This document shows positions 12,569 to 23,765 of a DNA stretch of 64,000 nucleotides, piece after piece. Both the position numbers and the translations under genes were made by a program. Positions within the stretch are counted from its first letter, which is position 1; each line of letters opens with the position of its first letter. Source of the DNA: Octopus vulgaris (Eukaryota); NCBI GenBank assembly GCA_951406725.2, contig OX597820.1:122016001-122080000 (forward strand), given 5' to 3'. The notes below the pieces were generated by a model. It made no database searches. It was not told where the DNA came from and saw only the letters and a list, made by a program, of their open reading frames with translations.

Positions 12569-13690
12569 GCATTGAAAGTATTTCCTAGCTTGTTGCAGTT
12601 TTAAAAGTATTTAGTCACCATTTCTAGCATGTCCAGTGACCGCAAAGGCCCTCCTATTTTCCTTCGATCTGTTGAGTGACTTGGCTAAAATAACTGGTAG
12701 GCTGCCCACAAGATAGAGAATAAAGACAGATAGACTTAGCATAAAATCGCACTGCAGTGTAACACGTATTGAGAGGGACAGAAAATAAGTTTAAAATAAT
12801 TTACACTGTAAATCATGTATTGAGTACTTTCTTCAATAGTTGACACACTAGAATACTTGTGTGTGCGTGCGTATCTATTCATGTATGTATGTAGACGTGA
12901 TATACCTATCATTATAGATAATACTAAATGTACCTTTCGGATTTTTCATAATGTGATGTAACTCTTTGGAATAACAATTGCATGCGTCTGAAGAGAGCTT
13001 TAAACCATCCTTTACGTCTATTATACACTGATGTAAGAATAGGTTGTTTATAAACCTTGAAACACGTGTACCGCGACATCCTTTGTGTTCTGTTTTTGAC
13101 TTCATTTGATACATATACCCTCTAACCTCTGCTACTAGCTGGTGTGCATGCTGGTCTTTCATAAACAATCTTGCCCGGACTTCTATTTTGGAAGGGAACT
13201 TTCTAAGTGCAAACCAATGCTCATTCATGACCGAAGGTGGTCTTTAACGTTTATATCTACACACGCACACACACACATTTACAGAAATATATATGGCGTC
13301 TCTCTACTCGATCGATGTGGGTCTTTAATGTTTATGTGTATACACACACACACACACACACACGCATATTTACAGAAATATAGATGGTGTCTCCCTGCTC
13401 TTTGTAGAGCTTCACCTCTTCTTGTACCAATAATTGCTCTTTCTAAGCGTCCCGTTCTCAAGTGACTTTCGTGACTGAAACGCGTTTGCAGGGCTGATCC
13501 CGAATACTGCATCAAATATCTCGTTCCTGCATTGGCTCCATTTTCCGCTCATTTATTATGGATATTCAAGGAACGCTTCAATCCTCCATGCTGACTTGCA
13601 AGTTTTTTTAACAGACATTCCATTGAAACTGGTCATTCGGGACGAAATTCCCGCAGTTCATGTCTCTCTTACCAACATGGCAAGCTGATG

Positions 13691-14097
13691 GGATCTTTTC
13701 GGTTTGAACGGCAGTTTTTTCTCGCGATGTCATATGAAATTGTCACCCATAATTATGACCCTAGTATCGATCTATTGCATTTCAATCTATTTTAGGGTTA
13801 GGGGTGGGGGAAGGGTATCTTTTTTCTTCACAAATGTAAATAAACCCAATCTGTTTCTTAAACGAGGGACATATTCATACGGCACAGAATGTTTTTTTTA
13901 CCTCAATAGACGTCACTGATTGGTTGAAATTGCAGAAATTGAAAAAAAAAACAAATATCTTACAAGCTATAGAATTTTCTCAATAAAGCCAAGAGAAAAA
14001 GATGTTTTATAAATACATTCTACCAATATACGAAGTTTAAAATTTTTTAGTTACCTAGAAATTCTTTTAAAAACTGCCGTTCAAACCGAAAAGATCC
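13691..14097 (+). mobile_element. TIR MITE copy 4
   Basis: Perfect TIRs and perfect 8-bp TSD agctgatg. Confidence 0.95.
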
Positions 14098-14640
14098 AGC
14101 TGATGCAATCTCATACCAGCAATTAAAGGAGAAGTGAAAAACTCCCGCAACTCTATCAATGTTGTTCTCATTTTTACGAAATTTTCTTTTAATTTGACCG
14201 TGTTTCACTGTCAAACTCAAACTTTAAACACCTCTCCAAATCCAATCTTTCCTTTTCTGCGATTCAAGATTTTTGTAATTTAAGGCACCTCAGTGTCAGA
14301 AATGAGAAAGGATCAGCTTATTCTGAGTATGTGGAGGAAGATTTCTGGTGAGGCTTCCAAATATTTTTCATGACGCACGGATATTTCCCAAGTTTCAAAA
14401 ATAAAAGCAAAATAAAAAAAAGAAAAGAAAGAAGAAATGAGTGTCAGTTTTGTTATGGCACTTTCACCAGACTTTAGATGCTAGGATGGATATGTACGTA
14501 CGTATATATGCATTTAGCACATTTCAAGGTCAATCTGTACCAAGCAGCTTTATTTTCCACACTTTAGCATCGAAAACAACAATCCTGATAATTATTGATC
14601 AGACTACGTATATTGATAAATGTACTCACATGGATATATG

Positions 14641-14683
<43 letters not shown>

Positions 14684-14688
<5 letters not shown>

Positions 14689-14978
14689 CCAGTGGTTAGG
14701 GCAGCGGACTCGCGGTCGTAGGATCGCGGTTTCGATTCCCAGACCGGGCGTTGTGAGTGTTTATTGAGCGAAAACACCCCAAAAGAAGCTCCACGATGCT
14801 CCAACAGGGGGTGGTCGCCATCCCTGCTGTACTCTTTCGCCACAACTTTCTCTCACTCTTTCTCCTGTTGGCCTGCTCGCTTATCCAGCGGGGTGGCGTC
14901 ATTTGAAGGCTAAAACAACGGGAAACGCATTGTGACCAGCGATGTGTAGCAACATCGGTCACGGTGATCACGGTGATA
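14684..14978 (+). mobile_element. tRNA-derived SINE family C, tail type 1
   Basis: A-box TGGCCCAGTGG, B-box GTTTCGATTCC, tail ..gcattgtgaccagcgatgtgtagcaacatc..ggtcacggtgata. Sits in (TA)n. Confidence 0.9.
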
Positions 14979-14994
14979 TATATATATATAAACA

Positions 14995-15210
14995 TGTTCT
15001 TTTATTTCTTTAGTTACTTCTGCCATTTGATTGCGGTCATGCTGGAGCACCGCCTTAACAGGTCTTAGGAGACGTTGACCCCATGAGTTACTGATTGTAA
15101 GGCTGAGTACTTATTCTATATGTCACTTTTGCCGAACCGCCAAGTTGCCGGACTATAAACATACCCGCATCAGTTGTCAAGCTATGGCGGGGGCAAACAC
15201 AGACACACAC
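14995..15210 (-). mobile_element. SINE family B 3' half
   Basis: gcggtcatgctggagcaccgcc..tttgccgaaccgc..ttgtcaagc. Confidence 0.8.
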
Positions 15211-15783
15211 ATATAAATATATACATACATATATAAAAATATATGTATGTATATATGTGTGTATATAAAGCTGCAAAAATAGTGAAAAAAAAAACTGCTT
15301 CTTAGTTTCACGTTCGCGTTTGTCGAACATTAGTGAGCAAGAAAAATCTTTGAACTTTTTTCTGTCAATACCTCAAAATGTAAGATTTCTTCCTTGAAGA
15401 CGGAGGCTCATCTCATCCGACGATGGGATCAATCTACAAACATTATTTTGGACCACTGAGCTCCCAGGAACAGCTGTTGGATTCGTAATATTTTTGTTTA
15501 AACCCTTTAATTCTTGATATCATTTCTATTCTATGTAAGTCAGACCTTTTTGTCTGTAAACATACAAACATTTTCCATTTCATATATTTGACATACTCTG
15601 TATATTGTCCAGCCTAGCTTGCATATCCTTAGATTTACTTCTCTGCCCGTTCAAGTTCAAACCTTTTGAGCACTGCTAAACTTATTCTATACGGAGAATA
15701 TTCGATTGTCATCTATTATATATATAAAGTAACACAATGAAATAAAAAATCGAGGACTGAAAGATTTCAGAACATTTATAAAG

Positions 15784-15833
15784 CGGTCTTACAGCTGTTT
15801 CTGAGATATTTTATATATCCCTTCATCAGAAAC

Positions 15834-15835
<2 letters not shown>
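15784..15835 (-). ncRNA. Minimal type I hammerhead ribozyme motif (Penelope-like terminus)
   Basis: Minus strand ccgttt-CTGATGA-a-gggatat(ataaa)atatctc-a-GAAA-cagctg-TA-agaccg: canonical core, 7-bp stem II, palindromic stem III. Confidence 0.7.
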
Positions 15836-15875
<40 letters not shown>

Positions 15876-16127
15876 CAACAACTCCATTTAATTGAACAAT
15901 GCAATCATTACATCAATTTAAAATGTAGAGCAATCTTCAGCTGCACAAAGACATGGAATTTAATTAAATTAAAACAGATGTCGCACAGTAATGTTTGCAT
16001 TGTTCAGTTAAATAGAGATGCATGAAACGATCGTACTGCATTACCTCTAGATATCCTTGTTGCTTATTTTGATTTTAATACCGTACTGAATTCTGGTGCC
16101 TCAACTTAAGTACCATATTCACCTGAA

Positions 16128-16164
<37 letters not shown>

Positions 16165-16612
16165 TTAAATATATATATATATATATATATACATACATAC
16201 ACACACACATACGTATTCCACACGTGTCGACGAGAGGGGTAGTCCATAATATCATTAGGAAAAGAGAACTAAATTTATTAAATGACACAGGTGTCGAACA
16301 CTTACATTCAGGACATTTAGTTTCTATACCAACAATTCAATGACCGATGTACATCGTCTTCTTCCACTTCGGTGCACGTTGGCGCCATCCTCAATGTTAA
16401 AGTGTGAACTTGAATAAGCTGATGACGCAACGATCATTGAGTTGTTGGCACAGAAACTTAATGTCCTGACTGTAAGTTTTCATATGTATCATTTAATGAA
16501 AATGTATATGCGTATATATATATATAGTTAATCCAAATAAGAAAGCACAGAAAACACAACGCGAGGACGTGGAATAAATATAGTATTATTGGACGTTCAG
16601 GAAAGAAGAAGG

Positions 16613-16647
16613 GTTTAACGTTTCGAGCGGAGCTCTTCGTCGGAAAC
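16613..16647 (-). ncRNA. Variant minimal hammerhead motif
   Basis: Minus strand gttt-CCGACGA-a-gagc(tcc)gctc-GAAA-CG-TT-aaac, within a ~200-bp insert (16525-16725) flanked by (TA)n. Confidence 0.55.
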
Positions 16648-16836
16648 ATAGGAGAAGGAAAGATCCAGAGAAGGGAAGACAGAGGAAAAAAATCGCCAAC
16701 GGTACACATGAGGTCACATTTTGAAATATATATATATATATTTACATCCATCCATCTAATATAGGATAAAATTTTCGAAAAAATTTTATCAATGGCCAGC
16801 ATATTAAAATAATACTTTTAAAGGTTAAATTCATAA

Positions 16837-16969
16837 ACAACTTATAAATAAGGGCAAACGAAAAAATTTCAGTGCCAAATATGCCGATAAATTATATAGT
16901 TATTGACGATTAAGTCTATTTCGGCATATTTAGTATTGAAATTTTTTTCTTTTGCCCTTGTTTATAAGT

Positions 16970-16972
<3 letters not shown>
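16837..16972. repeat. Long imperfect inverted repeat (fold-back)
   Basis: ~51-bp arms acaacttataaataagggcaaa..atatgccga / tcggcatat..tttgcccttgtttataagttgt. Confidence 0.85.
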
Positions 16973-17025
<53 letters not shown>

Positions 17026-17364
17026 TAGATATGTTTATTGGTCCAGGCCATGTCTAACTTAATAACACCACCTGATAGGATTATCTAAATCCTCATGCAT
17101 GCACACACACGCGCGCACATATGTTGATGTATGTATGCATGAACAGGTTTGGTGAATGCAGAAAGTCTCGGAGCTTTATTCATTCTCTAACTTTTGCTGA
17201 TTATTAATAAAAATTGCATGTATATATAATGTATGCGTATGTGTATATATATATATGTATATATATATATACGTGTGTGTATATATATATATATGCGCGT
17301 GTGTATATATATAAATATGCATATATATGTACACACACATATGCCATATAAATATATATATATA

Positions 17365-17565
17365 CTCTTTACTCGTTTCAGTCATTTGACTGCGGCCATG
17401 CTGGAGCACCGCCTTTAGTCAAGCAAATCGACCCTGGGACTTATTCTTTGTAAGCCCAGCACTTATTCTATCGGTCTCTTTTTGCCGAACCGCTAAGTGA
17501 CGGGGACGTAAACACACCAGCATCGGTTGTCAAGCAATGCTAGGGTGACAAACATAGACACACAA

Positions 17566-17623
<58 letters not shown>

Positions 17624-17776
17624 GACAGGCTTCTTTCAGTTTCCGTCTACCAAATCGGCATTGGTCGGCCCGGGGCTATAGCAGAAGACACTCGCCCAAG
17701 ATGCCACGCAGTGGGACTGAACCCGGAACTATGTGGTTGGTTAGCAAGCTACTTACCACACACCCACTCCTGCGCC
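17365..17776 (-). mobile_element. SINE family B, near full length
   Basis: Complete head (ggcgcaggagtgg..ggttcagtccc on minus) and tail. Confidence 0.92.
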
Positions 17777-17817
<41 letters not shown>

Positions 17818-20800
17818 CACACGTATACATATATATATATAAACATATATACACATACATATGTATGTACATGTATACACACACAAACACGTAGATACAC
17901 GCTTCACACATATGAGTGTGTGTGTGTGAGTGAGTCACAATGTGAGAGAGAGAGAAATCTAACAGTTGTGATGGCCTGTGAAAAGAGTGAACGTTGGACG
18001 ACTCGAAGTGGAGAGGAGGAGAAGAAAAAAATGCAGTTAGTATTAGAAGAGAGGTGAGAGGTCATAGTAGGAAATACTGGGCTGTGATTGGCTGAATCGA
18101 TTGTGGCTTGCTGATTCTTGAAAAAGCGAGAACGTGGAACCCAAGCTTGACCGAAACAGCAGCAGCAGGCAACACACACAGCATCACCATCATCACTAGC
18201 AGCAGCGGCTGCATCAGTTGAAACAACAGCAGCAGCAGCAGTAGTAGTAGTAGAAGCAGCAGCAGCAGCAAGAGTCGGTACTTGCTGACGAAAGACTGCA
18301 CTTAGTTGTGCTGACAGTTAAGGAAGGAAAATTTATATTGGAAAAAAAAAAAAAGGAGGAAAGAAAAAAAAAAGCATAACATAACGTACACCCCCACCCC
18401 CCGCATACACACACTCATGTACACAAGAAGGGGGTAGGAAATATTGAAAAGAAGGAAAAAGAGAAACAGAAGAAAGAAATCCGAACCAACCAAACAACCG
18501 AAAGAACTGCACTAATTTCTAAAGCAAGAAATTCTTAGACGTGTAAGGAATTACCATTAATACCACTTCAACTATTACTATTACTACTGCTACAAATAGA
18601 ATACGGTAATTATTGGTACTGAAAGTATTATAACAGAATTGATGATAAAACACAATTTTAAGTAGTAACAACAACAGTACTAGTATTATTATTATTACTG
18701 AACCGAAAGCGAAGAAGTGGATATTTGAAGTGAAATATATGCATTTTATACACACAAGCATACACATACCTCTAAATATAAAACATATATATCCATCCAC
18801 AAAAAATCTATCTAGAAATATTTCGATATGTTATTAACTAAAGCAAAACAGCAACAGGAAGAATAGAAAACAAGAGTAATTTTAACAGCAACTGAAGCCT
18901 GTGAATTTCCTTGGCTATCCTAAAGCTTCCTACATATTCATTCAGTATCTCTCTCCACCACCACCCTCTCTCTCTTTCTTTTATATATATATACAGAGAG
19001 AGAGAGAGACAGGATTTCATAACGAACTGTAGTGTGTTTTACACTTATTCTACTTCTCCGGCTGGTGAAGAATACACAGCCACCAGTTAAGTCGTTTTTG
19101 CTGTTAAAAATCTTATTTTTCAGCTCCTACAATTTTTTTTTTTTACCTCCTACAACCAAGGAAGGACCTTACTACGCGACACATTTCTCATTTACCAAAG
19201 ATCTTGGGACTTTAGATAATTATTCTACCAAAGGATATTTTCTGCGTTGCTTTTTCGATTCACAATTATTTTTTTTTACATATAATCACTCACACACATC
19301 GACACACGCACACAATAAAACACTTGCAGACATGCATACGTAGATCAACACATAGATGGAGCTACATCAGTATAAGCCCACATGAAATAAATACACATAC
19401 TACCGGAGATATAAACCTACATACTTGCCTCTGTCTAGTAATCTATTCTCTCTTTCACACACACACATTCTTCCTCTGATATACATATATATACACACAC
19501 ACACATATATATATATATACATATATATATAAAATATCGTTTTAACAACAAATTAAGAACACAGTTTTCTGGAGGAATATATTGGATGTATAGTAATAAC
19601 ATACACCTGTATAAATACAGGCACATGTATGTATATAGAGGCATGCGTATATGATATGGAAGGAGGCAACCGACAGCCAAAATATCGGAGAGTCACTAAG
19701 CCTCGCATGACACGGCCATAAAAATCTAACGTGCAAAACGTCTCAGCACTTTTGTCTCTGAGTCCGAGTGCTTCTGCTGCAAAGTGCACGTGCCTGTATG
19801 CTAGATGCATGCACATGCCTATTTGGAGGCGTGTGTGCATGTGTATGAATGAGTGGATGTGCGTGGGCATGAATGAAATTGCCTTCTCGTATTTAGTGTG
19901 TATTTAAAAGGCGTGTCGCTACCATTTGCATACATACATACATATATACATACATACATATATATATATTGATGGTATAGTTATGTGTGTTTACGCAAGT
20001 ATATATAATTAAAATCTAACGTAATTGAAATACTATATTCTGTCTCTGTGTGAATCTATTCATAAAATTTATATAGAAATGGAGAGGAAAAAAATCTCGT
20101 TTACCCCGGATCTATGGAACATGTATTGTACCAAGTTAAACAGATGAAGATGTCCTACTCATCACATTGTTGATATTTTTTTCAACCACGGATTAATATT
20201 TATGGAGAAAAAAAAGAAAAGATAAAATACGAAAAAAAAAAAAAAAGAAATTAAATTCCACTCCAAAATACCGTCAGGATGAAACAACAACGACGACAAT
20301 AAAAAAAAATTAGGAAAAGCAACATCTAGTCTAACACTATCACAAGTGTAACAGCATTATTACACCACATTGTAACACGAAGACATATAATTCTTATTAG
20401 TATTGCTGTTGTTGTTCTAAATGCAACTACAGCAGTGATAAAATATATTCCAAATAATTTCTGTGATTATCCTGCGATACAATCTATTCCCAACTCGGAC
20501 CATGTAAGTAGCACCGTTATTCAATCTCTCTCCTATTTATCTTTTGCTTTGTTCATTAATGCTGTATATGGTTATTTATTATTATATGTCTCCGAAACTT
20601 TTCAGCATACTTAACAAATTATAGCATTGAACGGGTGCTTTATAACTCCCATTAACACAAGTAACACAATGTGTGTGTATGTGGGTAGATATTGTGGCGT
20701 ATTTAGGCGTCTAACCGATACGTACCAGGATTACAACAGCAAACTCGACAACGTGATTTGAACCTTGTAACTGTCCCTTTGCTGGAAACCCTATTACCAC

Positions 20801-21373
20801 ACACACACACACACACACACACATTGGAATGTGTGAGAATAAAAACAAACGCTAGAGCTATATGGGTGGACGTGTTTACATTATCTTTCGGGTTGTTTAT
20901 AAATCTGACGGTGAGTGTTTAAATAATAACGTAGAAATATTGGTTGCTTCATGCAAAGAAAATGAAACGTCCAACTCGTTAAATGTGTAAATTCTTTTTG
21001 CGAAGACAACAGCTACAAAAATCTAGATCAGCTTTGTGAAAAGTTGTTGGTTTCTAACAGGACTTTGGTTTATGTGGCCGCTCGCCCTACTTGGAATAAA
21101 ATGCATGTCCTGCCCAAACCACATTCCACTAGGTTAAAAAGGACACATTCTGTAAATGGAGTCCAGAGTACTCTAATATTAGAGGATAAAAAAAAGGGCG
21201 AGAGGGACGATTTGTTTGAAGATTTATAATCATTACTGTACTCGACTGGGGTTAACCCGAGGCCGAAATTTTTGTGGGGTGGATATATTTGCATCTGTCT
21301 ATTAGTATGTGAGAAATAAAAAAAAAAGCGTGTGCATGCACATGGATGATAGACAGAGAGATATTCGATATGA

Positions 21374-21405
<32 letters not shown>

Positions 21406-21721
21406 CATTGGCATACGTATTACGTGAGCACTGTTATTTACTAACGTGTAATTGTCACCTTAATTACGTGAAGACACGTGGCTGTTGGTGCACACAGGTG
21501 CAGCTGTCTGTGCATTTTGAATGCACATTCTGTGTAAAAATTGTTGACATCAATGTGTCAACAATGGTTTAGATATGGAGATAAACCAACAGGTACCGCC
21601 TCATAAGAAATGATGCCAGCTTTGCTGTTTACCAGAGGCTTATCGCTTTTATTAAAAGAAAAAGAAATTCAGAAATGCAAACAATATATATATATATCGG
21701 CTACAAATGATTGGATATAGA

Positions 21722-21757
<36 letters not shown>

Positions 21758-21879
21758 ACTGTATCTCAGTTTTTGTACGCTAGGCCACTTGGTGTTTTAA
21801 ATTGACGTTATTAATTAATATTCAATTTTTTTCACCCTTATTGTGATTTTATATATATAGATATATAACTTGTTTGTTA

Positions 21880-22283
21880 TATGTATGTGCATATATATTT
21901 AAATTGTATATGTATATATGTGCCTGTGTATATGTGTCTGTGTGCGTATAGATTTATGTTTGTGTGAATATATATGATTATACGCATATGTATACAAGTG
22001 TATATATGTGGATATATGCATCTGAATATGTTTATATTATATAGATGATCCTCGTAAACGCTTGCATGCGTGCAAGTGTGGGTGTGCATATATGAATATA
22101 TGTACAAATATGGAAATGCATGCATATGGATATATATATATATAAATGTATGCATGTATATATATATATACATGCATGTATGTATATATATATATAATAT
22201 ATACACACACATATATTTCTAGCTGTGTGCAAGTGTATGTTTGTAAATACGTATGCGTATAAATATATATAAACATACAGATG

Positions 22284-22324
<41 letters not shown>

Positions 22325-22441
22325 GTGAGTGTGTGTATGCAGATAGAGAGAAAATATATATATATATATACATGCATATATAATGTGTGTATAGAATAAA
22401 CTTTGGATATAGAAAATGTATTGAGTATACATATATGTATA

Positions 22442-22484
<43 letters not shown>

Positions 22485-22620
22485 GTATATGTATATATTA
22501 TAAATCCACACACATATATGTATGTATGTATATAAAACAGCCTATATAATAATGCATATGTATGTGCGTATCTTGTATATATGTTTATATTTAAAAACAT
22601 AAAATGTATGTGTGTGTACA
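21880..22620. repeat. Degenerate (TA)/(TG) array
   Basis: Direct reading. Confidence 0.9.
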
Positions 22621-22914
22621 TGCTATAGTTTCCATATACGGTATATTACATCTGTGTGTGTGTATGTGCTTTACGTATGTGTTTGTATTATATATCATTG
22701 CCGCTTCTATTCTATTAGTAGTTTTGGCATTTCGTCCATCTTTACGTTCTGGGTCCAAAATCTCCCCAGGTCGGCATCATCTTTTATCCTTTTTGGCTTT
22801 GACTTCATTTTTCATCTTCTCGGTGTCGATAAAATGTGTACCAGTCGAGCACCGCGGTCGACTTAATCGACATGTCCCGAAATTGCTGGCCTTGTAATAA
22901 AATTTGAAGCCAAT

Positions 22915-23079
22915 ATTAGTTGACTAGGTTTGTTCTTATTCACGGTAGAATTTGTAGGTAACGGGTTAATACCTGTGACCTTAGGTATTTACAATAGTCT
23001 TTCAGGTGCTTAAAACCCTCCTGCTAATCTTCCTTCTCCTTAAGAGGCAAACTTCTTGTAGAAGCTATACAGGACATTC

Positions 23080-23112
<33 letters not shown>

Positions 23113-23765
23113 CATTTTTAGAATGGCCAGTGTGAATGGGCCTACTCTAAGCATGTACCTGTAGACAAAGTGGAGAGGGTGCTTATCCTAGTGGCCAGGA
23201 CTGCCGTGGATTTGTGGGGTCTCCGCGAGCAGTCCAGGGAGGTCTCCATCTTTTGGAGAATTTTGTTGTTACAATCGATTGTTTTTCATTATTTACACGG
23301 ATTTCATTTGACATGGTTTTCATGTAACCCACCCCATTCTGCTTGTCCTGGGCTGTCCACTATGCATCTTTTCTATGTAAAAGTTTTATGGTTAATAGTT
23401 ATTATTATTTTGGTTTGTCTCAGAATCGGTCTTATTCCTAATAGGATTTAGGTGAGCAGCGGCTTACTACATGTAACCCTAGGTACACAGAAGTTTTCAG
23501 CAGACTTTCAAGGGCTTACAACCCTCCTGATAATCCTTGCTGTCACTTCGAGACAAACTTCATGTAGGAACTCTACCAGGCATTCTATTACAATCTCCTT
23601 CAGCCATTTGTCTATATCTTGACTTACTGTCCCAAATGAACCAATTATTATAGGCACGACCTTTACTGTTCTCATGCTCCAAATTCTTCCTATTTCAAAT
23701 TTTAAGGAATAGTATTTTTTTGTTTTTTCCTCCGGTTTCTTTACGATCCTAGAATCAAACGGGTT
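22915..23765 (-). mobile_element. Two 3' fragments of an RLE-type (R4/Dong-like) non-LTR retrotransposon
   Basis: Minus ~23765-23520 reads PFDSRIVKK.EEK.KKYYSLKFEIGRIWSMRTVKVVPIIIGSFGTV..TARIIRRV. The 3' end abuts (TAA)n. A shorter related fragment lies at ~22915-23080. Confidence 0.75.

Noticed and set aside
15330-15500. Possible Tc1 fragment (minus strand WSKIMF..SDE)
   Set aside because: Short, frameshifted and without TIRs; insufficient support.
19740-19785. agcactt..gagtgct hairpin as a miRNA precursor
   Set aside because: Stem far too short, and no recognisable mature miRNA.
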